Virus record (IMG/VR): IMGVR_UViG_2917886563_000007
From: a virus
Taxonomy: Duplodnaviria > Heunggongvirae > Uroviricota > Caudoviricetes
Strand: one strand, 5' to 3'
Length of the DNA: 64,000 nt
Shown: positions 43,651 through 54,697 of the stretch, one piece after another
How positions within the stretch are numbered: the first letter of the stretch is position 1
Layout: the number at the start of each line of letters is the position of its first letter
Notes under the pieces: generated by a model
Database searches by the model: none
What the model was told of the DNA's origin: nothing
Seen by the model: the letters and a program-made list of their open reading frames with translations, nothing else
Program-made: the position numbers and the translations under genes

Positions 43651-46600
43651 ATGGGTAAAGGCAGCAGTAAGGGGCATACCCCGCGCGAAGCGAAGGACAA
43701 CCTGAAATCCACGCAGTTGCTGAGTGTGATCGATGCTATCAGCGAAGGGCCGATTGAAGGTCCGGTGGATGGATTAAAAAGCGTGCTGCTGAACAGTACA
43801 CCGGTGCTGGACAGTGAGGGGAATACCAACATCTCCGGTGTCACGGTGGTGTTCCGGGCAGGTGAGCAGGAGCAGACACCGCCGGAGGGATTTGAATCCT
43901 CCGGTTCCGAGACGGTACTGGGTACGGAAGTGAAATACGACACGCCGATCACCCGGACTATCACGTCTGCAAATATCGACCGTCTGCGCTTTACCTTCGG
44001 TGTGCAGGCACTGGTGGAAACCACCTCAAAGGGTGACAGGAATCCGTCGGAAGTCCGCCTGCTGGTTCAGATACAACGTAACGGTGGCTGGGTGACAGAA
44101 AAAGACATCACCATTAAGGGCAAAACCACGTCGCAGTATCTGGCCTCAGTGGTGGTGGATAACCTGCCGCCGCGCCCGTTTAATATCCGGATGCGCAGGA
44201 TGACGCCGGACAGCACCACAGACCAGCTGCAGAACAAAACACTCTGGTCGTCATACACCGAAATCATCGATGTGAAACAGTGCTACCCGAACACGGCACT
44301 GGTTGGCGTACAGGTGGACTCGGAGCAGTTCGGCAGCCAGCAGGTGAGCCGTAATTATCATCTTCGCGGGCGCATTCTGCAGGTGCCGTCGAACTATAAC
44401 CCGCAGACGCGACAATACAGCGGTATCTGGGACGGAACGTTTAAGCCAGCATACAGCAACAACATGGCATGGTGTCTGTGGGATATGCTGACCCACCCGC
44501 GCTACGGCATGGGGAAACGTCTTGGTGCGGCGGATGTGGATAAATGGGCGCTGTATGTCATCGGCCAGTACTGCGACCAGTCAGTGCCGGACGGCTTTGG
44601 CGGCACGGAGCCGCGCATCACCTGTAATGCGTACCTGACCACACAGCGCAAGGCGTGGGATGTGCTCAGTGATTTCTGCTCGGCGATGCGCTGTATGCCG
44701 GTATGGAACGGGCAGACGCTGACGTTCGTGCAGGACCGACCATCAGATAAGGTGTGGACCTATAACCGCAGTAATGTGGTGATGCCGGATGATGGCGCGC
44801 CGTTCCGCTACAGCTTCAGCGCCCTGAAGGACCGCCATAATGCCGTTGAGGTGAACTGGATTGACCCGGATAACGGCTGGGAGACGGCGACAGAGCTTGT
44901 GGAGGACACGCAGGCCATTGCCCGTTACGGTCGTAACGTCACGAAGATGGATGCCTTTGGCTGTACCAGCCGGGGGCAGGCGCACCGCGCCGGGCTGTGG
45001 CTGATTAAAACGGAACTGCTGGAAACGCAGACCGTGGATTTCAGCGTGGGCGCAGAAGGCCTTCGCCATGTGCCGGGCGATGTTATTGAAATCTGCGATG
45101 ATGACTACGCGGGGATCAGCATCGGCGGGCGCGTGCTGGCGGTGAACAGCCAGACGCGGACACTGACGCTCGACCGTGAAATCACGCTGCCATCCTCCGG
45201 CACCACGCTGATAAGCCTGGTTGACGGTGAGGGTAATCCGGTCAGTGTGGAGGTCCAGTCCGTCACCGACGGCGTGAAAGTGCAAGTGAGTCGGGTTCCT
45301 GACGGGATAGCTGAATACAGCGTATGGGGGCTGAAGCTGCCGACGCTGCGCCAGCGCCTGTTCCGCTGCGTGAGTATCCGTGAGAATGACGACGGCACGT
45401 ATGCCATCACCGCTGTGCAGCATGTGCCGGAGAAAGAGGCCATCGTGGATAACGGGGCGCACTTTGACGGCGACCAGAGCGGCACGGTGAATGGTGTCAC
45501 GCCGCCAGCGGTGCAGCATCTGACCGCAGAAGTCACCGCAGACAGCGGGGAATACCAGGTGCTGGCGCGCTGGGATACGCCGAAGGTGGTGAAGGGGGTG
45601 AGCTTTATGCTTCGCCTGACCGTGGCAGCGGATGACGGCAGTGAGCGGCTGGTCAGCACGGCCCGGACGACAGAAACCACATACCGCTTCACGCAACTGG
45701 CGCTGGGAAACTACAGGCTGACAGTCCGGGCGGCAAATGCCTGGGGGCAGCAGGGCGATCCGGCGTCGGTATCGTTCCGGATTGCCGCACCGGCAGCGCC
45801 GTCGCGGATTGAGCTGACGCCGGGCTATTTTCAGATAACCGCCACGCCGCATCTTGCCGTTTATGACCCGACGGTACAGTTTGAATTCTGGTTCTCGGAA
45901 AAGCGGATTGCGGATATCAGGCAGGTTGAAACCACAGCCCACTATCTTGGCACGGCGCTGTACTGGATAGCCGCCAGTATCAATATCAAACCGGGCCATG
46001 ATTATTATTTTTATATCCGCAGTGTGAACACCGTTGGCAAATCGGCATTCGTGGAGGCTGTCGGTCGGGCGAGCGATGATGCGGAAGGTTACCTGGATTT
46101 TTTCAAAGGCCAGATAACCGAATCCCATCTCGGCAAGGAGCTGCTGGAAAAAGTCGAGCTGACGGAGGATAACGCCAGCAAACTGGAGGAGTTCTCGAAA
46201 GAGTGGAAAGACGCCAACGATAAATGGAATGCCATGTGGGGCGTCAAAATTGAGCAGACCGAAGACGGCAAACATTATGTCGCGGGGCTTGGCCTCAGCA
46301 TGGAGGATACAGAGGAAGGCAAACTGAGCCAGTTCCTGGTTGCCGCTAACCGTATCGCGTTTATTGACCCGGCAAACGGGAATGAAACGCCGATGTTTGT
46401 GGCGCAGGGCAACCAGATATTCATGAACGAAGTGTTCCTGAAGTATCTGACGGCTCCCACCATTACCAGCGGCGGCAATCCGCCGGTATTTTCCCTGACA
46501 CCGGACGGGCGGCTGACGGCGAAAAATGCCGATATCAGCGGTAACGTGAATGCGAACTCCGGGACGCTCAACAACGTCACGATAAATGAGAACTGTACGA

Positions 46601-47064
46601 TTAAGGGAATGCTCGAGGCTACTCAGGTCAGAGGTGACTTCGTTAAAGCTGTATCTAAGCCATTCCCGAAAAAAACTGGCTCGTGGGGCGATACGGAAAC
46701 ACCAGGCGGGACGGTTACAGTCACCATTTACGATGATCATAACTTTGATCGCCAGATTATTATTCCGCCCATTATTTTTAATGGTGTGGCGTATGACGAT
46801 CCGGGGAGCGGTAATAACCCGGGAGGTACGCGATACACGGGTTATGGTTTTGAAGTTCGCAAAAACGGCGTATTAATCGCATCCAGAGAAACTAAAGGAG
46901 CCATTCCCGGTAGTTACAGTGCGGTTATTGATATGCCGAGTGGTGGTGGTAGTGTCACTCTGGAGTTTAAGATTTTCCAGAAAGGCAATCAGGGCGCAGG
47001 TAACATCACAGACTGTACGGTGATTGTGACCAAAAAAGCTGCTTCCGGTATCAGTATCCGTTGA
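43651..47064 (+). CDS. J: Central tail fibre / host specificity protein J
   Basis: 1137 aa [54 protein letters not shown] as lambda J. Confidence 0.95.
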   Translation: MGKGSSKGHTPREAKDNLKSTQLLSVIDAISEGPIEGPVDGLKSVLLNSTPVLDSEGNTNISGVTVVFRAGEQEQTPPEGFESSGSETVLGTEVKYDTPITRTITSANIDRLRFTFGVQALVETTSKGDRNPSEVRLLVQIQRNGGWVTEKDITIKGKTTSQYLASVVVDNLPPRPFNIRMRRMTPDSTTDQLQNKTLWSSYTEIIDVKQCYPNTALVGVQVDSEQFGSQQVSRNYHLRGRILQVPSNYNPQTRQYSGIWDGTFKPAYSNNMAWCLWDMLTHPRYGMGKRLGAADVDKWALYVIGQYCDQSVPDGFGGTEPRITCNAYLTTQRKAWDVLSDFCSAMRCMPVWNGQTLTFVQDRPSDKVWTYNRSNVVMPDDGAPFRYSFSALKDRHNAVEVNWIDPDNGWETATELVEDTQAIARYGRNVTKMDAFGCTSRGQAHRAGLWLIKTELLETQTVDFSVGAEGLRHVPGDVIEICDDDYAGISIGGRVLAVNSQTRTLTLDREITLPSSGTTLISLVDGEGNPVSVEVQSVTDGVKVQVSRVPDGIAEYSVWGLKLPTLRQRLFRCVSIRENDDGTYAITAVQHVPEKEAIVDNGAHFDGDQSGTVNGVTPPAVQHLTAEVTADSGEYQVLARWDTPKVVKGVSFMLRLTVAADDGSERLVSTARTTETTYRFTQLALGNYRLTVRAANAWGQQGDPASVSFRIAAPAAPSRIELTPGYFQITATPHLAVYDPTVQFEFWFSEKRIADIRQVETTAHYLGTALYWIAASINIKPGHDYYFYIRSVNTVGKSAFVEAVGRASDDAEGYLDFFKGQITESHLGKELLEKVELTEDNASKLEEFSKEWKDANDKWNAMWGVKIEQTEDGKHYVAGLGLSMEDTEEGKLSQFLVAANRIAFIDPANGNETPMFVAQGNQIFMNEVFLKYLTAPTITSGGNPPVFSLTPDGRLTAKNADISGNVNANSGTLNNVTINENCTIKGMLEATQVRGDFVKAVSKPFPKKTGSWGDTETPGGTVTVTIYDDHNFDRQIIIPPIIFNGVAYDDPGSGNNPGGTRYTGYGFEVRKNGVLIASRETKGAIPGSYSAVIDMPSGGGSVTLEFKIFQKGNQGAGNITDCTVIVTKKAASGISIR

Positions 47065-47124
47065 AATATTTATAACCCCAATACGGGCGCCAGAAATGGC
47101 GCCTTTTATATTTGTGGAGTGAGT

Positions 47125-49494
47125 ATGGCAGTACAGATTTCAGGTGTGCTGAAAGATGGTGCGGGAAAACCAATACAGAACTGCACTATTCAACTGAAGG
47201 CAAAGCGTAACAGCACCACGGTACTGGTGAACACGGTGGCCTCTGAAAATCCGGATGAAGCCGGGCGTTACAGCATGGATGTTGAGTATGGCCAGTACAG
47301 CGTTATCCTGCTGGTTGAAGGTTTTCCGCCTTCACATGCCGGAACCATTACCGTCTATGAAGGTTCCAGTCCGGGGACGCTGAATGATTTTCTCGGTGCC
47401 ATGACGGAAGATGATGTCATGCCGGAGGCATTGCGCCGTTTTGAGGCTATGGTGGAAGAAGCAGCACGTAACGCTGAAGCTGCCTCTCAGAGCGCAGCGG
47501 CGGCAAAGAAATCCGAAACTGCAGCGGCATCATCGAAGAACGCGGCGAAAACCTCAGAAACGAATGCAGCTAACAGCGCACAGGCGGCAGCGGCCTCACA
47601 GACTGCATCGGCAAACTCCGCGACAGCAGCCAAAAAATCAGAAACCAACGCGAAAAATAGCGAAACAGCCGCAAAGACGAGCGAAACCAACGCAAAGTCC
47701 AGCCAGACGGCAGCGAAAACCAGCGAAACGAATGCCAAAGCCAGTGAAACTGCGGCGAAAAACAGCCAGGCTGCAGCAGCTGAAAGTGAGAGCGCGGCAG
47801 CCGGTTCTGCGACTTCAGCAGCCGGATCAGCAACTGCTGCGGTTAACAGTCAGAAAGCAGCGAAGACGAGTGAAACTAACGCAAAGTCCAGCCAGACGGC
47901 AGCGAAGACCAGCGAAACAAATGCCAAAGCCAGCGAAACTGCGGCGAAAAACAGTCAGGATGCAGCGGCCCAAAGCGAGAGTGCCGCAGCTGGTTCTGCA
48001 AGTGCGGCGGCTTCTTCTGCCACTGCATCAGCCAACAGTCAAAAAGCTGCAAAAACCAGTGAAACCAACGCAAAGGCGAGCGAGACTGCGGCGGCTAACT
48101 CGGCGAAAGCATCCGCTGCAAGCCAGACAGCGGCTAAAGCAAGTGAAGATGCAGCCAGGGAGTACGCAAGCCAGGCAGCTGAGCCGTATAAACAAGTTTT
48201 GCAGCCGTTGCCTGATGTGTGGATACCGTTTAATGACTCGATGGATATGATCACCGGATTTGGCCCGGGATATAAAAAAATAACAGTGCGCGATGATGTG
48301 GTCACTATACCATCCGACAAAATTGTCCCGTTTTCCCGCGCGAGTTCCGCGACCTATATCAATAAGTCCGGCGCTCTTACCATTGCAGAAATTAATGAGC
48401 CACGTTTTGAAAAAGAAGGGCTGTTAATTGAAGGGCAGAGAACTAACTATCTAAAAAATTCTAATACACCGGAATTGTGGTACTACCACAGTTTACTGGC
48501 GAAAGAGTATGGGGTTGATAATTACGGTTTTAATTATGCAACCGTCACCGTGACAGACAGTCTTGTAGGCACAACCAGTAGTTATCAGATTCATAGTGTA
48601 ACAGGAGAGAACAGGTTTTCTCTGTCCATCGGTGAAACCTGCACTTTTTCTGCCCGCTTTCGTGGAGTTAATTCACGTTGTCGCGTCCATATATCTCTTG
48701 TTATTGGCGAAAATGTTAAAACATCCGTTGATGTATGTCTGGAGCCAGATACAGGTGAGGTTAAGGCGTACGGTAATAAGGCGCTGGTGACATTCAGAAC
48801 GGAAAAACAGGGGGACTGGTGTTACTTTGAAACAACATATACCGCCGCAGAGAATATTGACGAAGTGGTATGCGGTTTTTTTATAACCAATCCTGAAGAT
48901 GGTGGTTTTTCTTCTGATTCGTCATTAACAATGACTACGCCGCAAATTGAAAAAGGGCCATGCGCTTCATCGTTTATTATTTCCGGAAACACACCAACCA
49001 CGCGCGCCAGTGATATGGTTATTTTTTCAACCAGAAATAACATAAGTTCTGTCCCTTTAAGCTGTCTTGTTGAAATACATAAAAATTGGGACTCTACGCC
49101 AAATCAGGCCCCACGAATTTTAACCACTATTGGCGTGGCGACTAATGATGAACAACTGGTATTTGCTTTCAGGAAGCCTACAAGTCCGGATGTAGAGCCT
49201 TTACCTTATGTTCAGTTTGGAGTGAGATCTGCATATCTTAGTCCATCTGTGAAGGCCGGGCGCAAAATGATTGCTGGTTTTGTCTGTAATAGCTCGACTG
49301 AATTTCGTTGCTGTTGTAATGGTTACCTGTCACCTGTTCAGACTTCGTCATGGAAGAATACCGGAGCTGCACATGAAATACGTATTGGGGGAACTTCTGC
49401 TGGCGGAGACCGCCACTTGTTTGGTCACGTTCGTAACCTGAGAATATGGCATAAAGAATTAACTGATGCGCAAATGGGGGAGAGTATTAAATGA
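47125..49494 (+). CDS. stf: Side tail fibre Stf (lambda-like N-terminus, divergent C-terminal region)
   Basis: MAVQISGVLKDGAGKPIQNCTIQLKAKRNSTTVLVNTVASENPDEAGRYSMDVEYGQYSVILLVEGFPPSHAGTITVYE as lambda Stf; Ala/Ser/Thr-rich repeats; ATG at 47125. Confidence 0.9.
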   Translation: MAVQISGVLKDGAGKPIQNCTIQLKAKRNSTTVLVNTVASENPDEAGRYSMDVEYGQYSVILLVEGFPPSHAGTITVYEGSSPGTLNDFLGAMTEDDVMPEALRRFEAMVEEAARNAEAASQSAAAAKKSETAAASSKNAAKTSETNAANSAQAAAASQTASANSATAAKKSETNAKNSETAAKTSETNAKSSQTAAKTSETNAKASETAAKNSQAAAAESESAAAGSATSAAGSATAAVNSQKAAKTSETNAKSSQTAAKTSETNAKASETAAKNSQDAAAQSESAAAGSASAAASSATASANSQKAAKTSETNAKASETAAANSAKASAASQTAAKASEDAAREYASQAAEPYKQVLQPLPDVWIPFNDSMDMITGFGPGYKKITVRDDVVTIPSDKIVPFSRASSATYINKSGALTIAEINEPRFEKEGLLIEGQRTNYLKNSNTPELWYYHSLLAKEYGVDNYGFNYATVTVTDSLVGTTSSYQIHSVTGENRFSLSIGETCTFSARFRGVNSRCRVHISLVIGENVKTSVDVCLEPDTGEVKAYGNKALVTFRTEKQGDWCYFETTYTAAENIDEVVCGFFITNPEDGGFSSDSSLTMTTPQIEKGPCASSFIISGNTPTTRASDMVIFSTRNNISSVPLSCLVEIHKNWDSTPNQAPRILTTIGVATNDEQLVFAFRKPTSPDVEPLPYVQFGVRSAYLSPSVKAGRKMIAGFVCNSSTEFRCCCNGYLSPVQTSSWKNTGAAHEIRIGGTSAGGDRHLFGHVRNLRIWHKELTDAQMGESIK
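47692..48069. repeat. Two tandem copies of a 189-bp (63-codon) unit inside stf
   Basis: gcaaagtccagccagacggcagcgaa(a/g)accagcgaaac... occurs at 47692 and again at 47881, in frame. Confidence 0.8.
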
Positions 49495-49772
49495 AAGATT
49501 TAACACTCAAATTTGCAGACAGGGCCGACTTTTCGGCCTTCATGGATAGCACGGGCTATTATGATGACGAGTCGATGCAGGATGATATTCTTATTGACGT
49601 GATAGGTAACGTGTACAAAGAAACCGGAGAACTTACTGAAGATGGCGAGCCGGTATGTGTTAAGGAAGACGGATATTTTGTAAACATGCGCATCATTAAT
49701 GATGTGAAAACACCGTCAATATTCGATGAATACGTGGTTGCTGTTGAGCATCAACTTCGTGGCTGGATGTGA
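49491..49772 (+). CDS. Hypothetical small protein between the two tail fibre genes (possible fibre assembly factor)
   Basis: 93-aa acidic ORF translationally coupled to stf. Confidence 0.4.
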   Translation: MKDLTLKFADRADFSAFMDSTGYYDDESMQDDILIDVIGNVYKETGELTEDGEPVCVKEDGYFVNMRIINDVKTPSIFDEYVVAVEHQLRGWM

Positions 49773-49781
49773 GGAAGAAAA

Positions 49782-50822
49782 ATGGCTACATCGACAGTAA
49801 TTCCTGATGACATCAAAACGCTAAAATCCGATGTTAGTAAACTAAAAACTGATCAAGGAAGCTATGCAACAAAATCATATGTAGACAATAAAACAACATG
49901 GAATAGTTATTGTAATGTAATCTATGATCAAAAGTCATTGCCCACAACTGGAACTATATTTAGCGGTAAGATGCACTTGTCAAATAAGACAGGAGAAACC
50001 GAAAACGCTTATAGTGAGATGTACACCAGAAAAAATATTGACGGCACTAAAGATACAATGACAAGGATTGTCACACACAATGGAACAAAAGGTATCTTCT
50101 GGGATTTTAGCGATCTTTACGGTGGGACATTGATTTTCCCAGGAAATGAAGGTTACTTGAAAATGGGTAAGTGCCTCATGTCTTATGGGAATCGTGTTGA
50201 TAACGCCATGATTAAATTTGATTACACAGACACATTACAAATCAAATATGCTAATCATGGGTCAACCATGACATTAAATACACAGGGAACCGCTCACGCT
50301 GGCGTAACAACTCGAATATGGGGCAATTCTAGCCGCCCGGTTGTTTATGAAGTTGGCGTAGATGAGGCTCTGTATATGTTCTACGCACAGAAAACTACCA
50401 GCAATACCTACGAATTAACGGTTAACGGCGCGTGTAATGCAAGTGCATTTAATCAAGGCTCTGACCGGGATCTGAAAGACAATATTCAGGTGATCGATAA
50501 TGCAACCGACCGCATTCGTAAAATGAACGGCTATACATACACGCTTAAAGAAAACGGTATGCCTTACGCTGGTGTTATTGCACAAGAAGCCCTGGAAGCC
50601 ATCCCCGAAGCCGTAGGGTCTATGATGAAATATCCAGACGGTGGGAGTGGATTAGATGGAGAAGAAGGTGAACGGTATTACACTGTAGATTATTCTGGTG
50701 TTACTGGCTTGCTTGTTCAGGTAGCCAGAGAGTCAGACGACAGAATAACAGCACTGGAAGAAGAAAACGCAGAATTAAGACAAAGATTATCTGCAATTGA
50801 GGCGACGCTTGTGTCTAAATAA
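49782..50822 (+). CDS. Second tail fibre/receptor-binding protein with C-terminal intramolecular chaperone (peptidase S74-like) domain
   Basis: C-terminal SDRDLKDNIQVIDNATDRIRKMNGYTYTLKENGMPYAGVIAQEALEAIPEAV plus terminal coiled coil fits the auto-cleaving chaperone domain of tail fibres and endosialidases. Confidence 0.75.
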   Translation: MATSTVIPDDIKTLKSDVSKLKTDQGSYATKSYVDNKTTWNSYCNVIYDQKSLPTTGTIFSGKMHLSNKTGETENAYSEMYTRKNIDGTKDTMTRIVTHNGTKGIFWDFSDLYGGTLIFPGNEGYLKMGKCLMSYGNRVDNAMIKFDYTDTLQIKYANHGSTMTLNTQGTAHAGVTTRIWGNSSRPVVYEVGVDEALYMFYAQKTTSNTYELTVNGACNASAFNQGSDRDLKDNIQVIDNATDRIRKMNGYTYTLKENGMPYAGVIAQEALEAIPEAVGSMMKYPDGGSGLDGEEGERYYTVDYSGVTGLLVQVARESDDRITALEEENAELRQRLSAIEATLVSK

Positions 50823-50828
50823 TATTAA

Positions 50829-50850
50829 GGGGCCGAGCGCCCCGTTTTAT
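50829..50850 (+). terminator. Rho-independent terminator after the tail fibre gene
   Basis: ggggc-cgagc-gcccc hairpin followed by gttttatt. Confidence 0.6.
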
Positions 50851-50864
50851 TGGGTAGGATGAAA

Positions 50865-51158
50865 ATGGATATAACACCTTTCCTTCATGCACTTTGTGCT
50901 GTGGCTGCGCAGGTACTGATTGGCCTTTTTACCGGAAACTGGGCTTACGGAGCTATAGCCGGTTGTACGTTCTTCATTGCGCGTGAACACACCCAGGCAG
51001 AATATCGCTGGATTGAAATGTTCGGGCACGGCAAGCGTATGAATATGCCGTGGTGGGGCGGTTTTGATCCACGCGCGTGGGATGTAGCAAGCCTGATGGA
51101 TTTTTCTGTGCCGGTGGTGGCGTGTCTGCTGGTCTGGGTATTTATCCGTTCAACATAA
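50865..51158 (+). CDS. Small predicted inner-membrane protein (cargo)
   Basis: About 97 aa from MKMDITPF (AGGA RBS 5 nt upstream); two hydrophobic segments. Confidence 0.5.
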   Translation: MDITPFLHALCAVAAQVLIGLFTGNWAYGAIAGCTFFIAREHTQAEYRWIEMFGHGKRMNMPWWGGFDPRAWDVASLMDFSVPVVACLLVWVFIRST

Positions 51159-51454
51159 AAAGTCGCAGCAACTTGTCATGGCGGAATACTGCGGCTGGCT
51201 GGTGAGCTATCGATAGTGCGAGTATGGAATGATTTCCAGCCATTATAGATTTTACGTATTTTTTTGCATGAGAGGATTTGCACCACCTCCCACCGACCAT
51301 CTATGACTATACGCCACCATTTCTAGGGCTGCTATGTGCCAGAAGCGGACATTATGACAGCCAGGAAGCCCTTATCTGAACGAAAAAAATAATGTCGTTG
51401 GGATGGTTTACTTTACAATGTCAGTTTTAAACAGCCTACAAAACAGGTGATCAC

Positions 51455-52357
51455 GTGCATGCCAACATGATTGAATACCTAAATATTTTCATACAGGTTG
51501 TTGAGCAGGGTAGCTTCACTAAAGCTGCTGATGTACTTCAGATCCATCGCCCCACCGTGAGCAAAGCAATACAGCAGATAGAGCATGATCTGGGTGTAAA
51601 ACTCATTTATCGCACAACCCGAAAGCTGAGCGTTACTGCTGAAGGGGATGAGTTCTATCATCATGCCAGGCATGTCCTGGCCGAAGTTAATGACATGATG
51701 GCCAGTTTTTCACCGACTCTTCCACCGCGAGGACGCCTGAGACTTGATGTGCCCCTGGCGCTGGCGCATTCCATATTGATCCCTAATCTTAGGCATTTTC
51801 AGACACTGTATCCAGGTATTGAAGTTGTGCTGGTTTCTTCGGATAAAAAAACTGATTTGATCACGGAAGGCGTAGATTGCCTTATCCGCCTGGGTGCGCT
51901 TCAGGATTCTAGTTTTATATCCAGACGTCTTGGTGACATCCGGATGGTTACCTGTGCAGCCCCGTCTTACCTGCAGCAGCATGAGCGGCCAGAAACACTT
52001 GCGGATCTGGATAAACATCGGGCAATTAACTTTTTTAGCGACCACAGTCGTGACGTCATGGAATGGAAGTTTATCGAAAACGGGAGCATTGTTTCGCTAC
52101 GTCCTGCGGGCAGCCTGCTGGTTGATAATTCCGATATTCTGCTTTCCTGTGCTCTGGCTGGTCTGGGCATTATCCAAGCTACCTATGATGCCGTTGCTCC
52201 CCATATTGCTTCCGGCGCTCTTGAAGAGATTCTGCCGCAATACCCATCGGTGTCAAAGCCCGTGTCAGTGATGTATCCCGACAGGCGCTACCTTTCTCCA
52301 AAAGTGCGCGTCTTTATCGACTGGTTCAGTGATGTTCTGGCCACGCAGATCCGCTGA
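51455..52357 (+). CDS. LysR-family transcriptional regulator (cargo)
   Basis: N-terminal HTH IFIQVVEQGSFTKAADVLQIHRPTVSKAIQQIEHDLGVKLIYRTTRKLSVTAEG; start may be ATG 51467 rather than GTG 51455. Confidence 0.85.
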   Translation: MHANMIEYLNIFIQVVEQGSFTKAADVLQIHRPTVSKAIQQIEHDLGVKLIYRTTRKLSVTAEGDEFYHHARHVLAEVNDMMASFSPTLPPRGRLRLDVPLALAHSILIPNLRHFQTLYPGIEVVLVSSDKKTDLITEGVDCLIRLGALQDSSFISRRLGDIRMVTCAAPSYLQQHERPETLADLDKHRAINFFSDHSRDVMEWKFIENGSIVSLRPAGSLLVDNSDILLSCALAGLGIIQATYDAVAPHIASGALEEILPQYPSVSKPVSVMYPDRRYLSPKVRVFIDWFSDVLATQIR

Positions 52358-52506
52358 AGCAGGCGGATTGTTAATGGATAATTAATACTGAAGTTCCCTC
52401 TCAGCTATTTCTGGTGTGTTTGTAACAACGTAGATTGTTCACAAATGATTCGGGCATCCCTTCGGCATTATTCTGAAGGAGTGCCTTTAACTGAAGAGAG
52501 CTGAAT

Positions 52507-53499
52507 ATGTCTAAAGTTATTACCTTTAACCGTACCGGAGGCCCGGAAGTGCTGGAATTTGTTGATGTACAGGTGCCTGCGCCGACAGCGGGTGAAGTGC
52601 AGATCCGCGTACATGCGATAGGTATCAACCGTGCAGAAATCATGTACCGCAACGGCCAGTATGTTATTGAGCCGGAATTTCCGGCACGTCTTGGTTATGA
52701 AGCGGCTGGCGTTGTGCAGGCCGTAGGTGAGAATGTTGATGAGTTTACCATTGGAGATCTGGTCAGCGTTATCCCTTCATTTATGTTTAATGAATACGGT
52801 ATGTACGGTGAAGTGGTCAATGCACCTGTGCATGCTATCGTGAAGCATCCTGAAAACCTTTCTTTTGAGGAAGCCGCTGCAAGCTGGATGATGTATGTCA
52901 CCGCTTATGGTGCGCTGGTTGAATATGGCAATCTTCAGGCTGGTCAGAATGTTGTGATCCGCGCAGCATCAAGCAGCGTAGGTCTGGCTGCCATACAGAT
53001 AGCTAACATGCTGGGTGCAAACCCAATTGCACTCACTCGGACCTCTGAAAAAAGTGAAATGCTACTGAAAGCTGGCGCAGCTGCCGTCATTGCTACTGCA
53101 GAGCTGGATATGGTTGCTGAAATCAATCGAACAACAGATGGCGTAGGTGCCCATATTGTTTTTGATCCCGTCGGCGGGCCGGACGTGGCAAAACTGACGC
53201 AGGTGATGGCATCACAGGGCATGTTTTTCCAGTATGGCGCGCTCGATAGCCGTGACATGCTTGTGCCTGTATTTAATATTCTCGGTAAGCATCTCACTCT
53301 GCGTGGATATGAGCTGTTTGAAATCACGACTGATTCTGAAAAAATGGCGCGCGCAAAATCCTTCATAACAGAAGGCTTACGAGCTGGCAAACTGAAACCG
53401 GTCATCGATAAAACGTTCCCGTTCGAAGAGATTGCAGACGCCCAGCGCTATATGGAGGCCAATGGCCAGGTAGGCAAAATAGTCGTGACCGTTGAGTAA
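52507..53499 (+). CDS. Medium-chain dehydrogenase/reductase family quinone oxidoreductase-like protein (cargo)
   Basis: 330 aa; GroES-like N-terminal domain and nucleotide-binding motif AASSSVGLAAIQIA typical of NADPH:quinone reductase / zinc-type ADH superfamily. Confidence 0.8.
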   Translation: MSKVITFNRTGGPEVLEFVDVQVPAPTAGEVQIRVHAIGINRAEIMYRNGQYVIEPEFPARLGYEAAGVVQAVGENVDEFTIGDLVSVIPSFMFNEYGMYGEVVNAPVHAIVKHPENLSFEEAAASWMMYVTAYGALVEYGNLQAGQNVVIRAASSSVGLAAIQIANMLGANPIALTRTSEKSEMLLKAGAAAVIATAELDMVAEINRTTDGVGAHIVFDPVGGPDVAKLTQVMASQGMFFQYGALDSRDMLVPVFNILGKHLTLRGYELFEITTDSEKMARAKSFITEGLRAGKLKPVIDKTFPFEEIADAQRYMEANGQVGKIVVTVE

Positions 53500-53830
53500 T
53501 CCTTACCACAGCATTTTATAAATGAGCCTGGTGAAGCCTGGATATTATCCAGGCTTCGATGCAATGGCTCCGGCAGGTACTGCCTTCGATTTCCACGACT
53601 TGAAAATTAAATGTCCTTTTCTCGCTTAAAGGGGGACCTTCAGATCCAAGAGGCTGTCCGCTTGGTGCCAGGAGCGGACGTTACTAACGTGATGATGAGA
53701 TCATCTACGAGAAACAAGTCATATGGGATATATTTCCAATAGAATATGAAAGATTAAACCCTGACTGGAGTTCATCCATTATTTATTACAAGTGAGATTT
53801 TATACAAGAAAAAGGATAAATATTAATTTT

Positions 53831-54274
53831 TCAGAAACCTCTAAATTCATGTAATTTTGAAGATAGCTCTTCATTCTTTTTTATGAAGTCTAATAAATAC
53901 TCTTCAGTTATTATTATTTGATTTCCATCCTTATACTTAGTTGCTAACATCTGGTTATCATTATCTGATGAGATACCTTCCGGAGCGGTGATGCGAAAAC
54001 TATGCATTATTCTATTGCGGATAATGACAAGCTCTTCAAAAAGAGTAGCAATAGTATCGTCTGATTTTTTTGAAATGGTTTCTTTGATAGGGATTTTAAG
54101 CTGGCCAGAAGTTTTATCTATTAACGCATACCAGTTGTAACTTTCATCATCATCTTCCCTTAAAATATTTTCAATGATAAAACCATTGTTGGAGTTGAAA
54201 ACACAAACGGCAGTGCCAACAAGTTCTCTATATTTTTTTGACGGTAATGATTGGCGCGAAAAAACTTCATACAT
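53831..54274 (-). CDS. Hypothetical protein, attR-proximal AT-rich cluster (contains an Rx4H motif; HEPN-like?)
   Basis: 147-aa ORF with gaggg RBS; motif RNRIMH near the centre; AT-rich. Confidence 0.5.
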   Translation of the reverse strand: MYEVFSRQSLPSKKYRELVGTAVCVFNSNNGFIIENILREDDDESYNWYALIDKTSGQLKIPIKETISKKSDDTIATLFEELVIIRNRIMHSFRITAPEGISSDNDNQMLATKYKDGNQIIITEEYLLDFIKKNEELSSKLHEFRGF

Positions 54275-54439
54275 GATAATTTAACCCTCATGAAAGTAGG
54301 TGATAATATCAGAGTTGAACTCTGCTCCGGCAGTGGAGCGCAACCAAATTCGCAGCATTTTCAGTCCTATCCTAACTCTGCTCACTGTATGTCACAAGCG
54401 GAATTTAATAACATCAGGCTATCCCCTTAGCAGGACTGG

Positions 54440-54697
54440 TCACCAGTTATCTTTTGATAAATCAAGGGCTGCAGATTGAATCCATCGCTCATAGGCAGTT
54501 CCCAATTGCCCTATGCTTTGGATACCAGGGATATTCATTGTCAAAATAGCTTGATGGTTAACCTGTTTCGCCCCCCATAAATACCCATACTCTACGTACC
54601 CTCTGATTTTCAAAGCCCTACAAATTACTTCTTTTCTAAAAAAAGCATCAAGTTGAATGTTTTTTGTATAATTAAAGAGATGGTTCTCAGCATTCAT
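54440..54697 (-). CDS. Hypothetical protein; possibly the C-terminal part of a frameshifted gene continuous with 54687-55169
   Basis: 85-aa ORF whose ATG lies 11 nt inside the upstream ORF, just after an A7 (plus-strand T7) tract. Confidence 0.4.
   Translation of the reverse strand: MNAENHLFNYTKNIQLDAFFRKEVICRALKIRGYVEYGYLWGAKQVNHQAILTMNIPGIQSIGQLGTAYERWIQSAALDLSKDNW

Noticed and set aside
44743-46740. 665-aa ORF on the minus strand
   Set aside because: Lies entirely antisense inside the lambda-like J gene, which has a clear full-length match; Arg-rich composition typical of a spurious antisense frame in GC-rich coding DNA.
47411-48250. 279-aa Arg/Gln-rich ORF in an alternative frame
   Set aside because: Sits within the repeat region of stf; it is an artefact of the in-frame tandem repeat and biased composition, not an independent gene.
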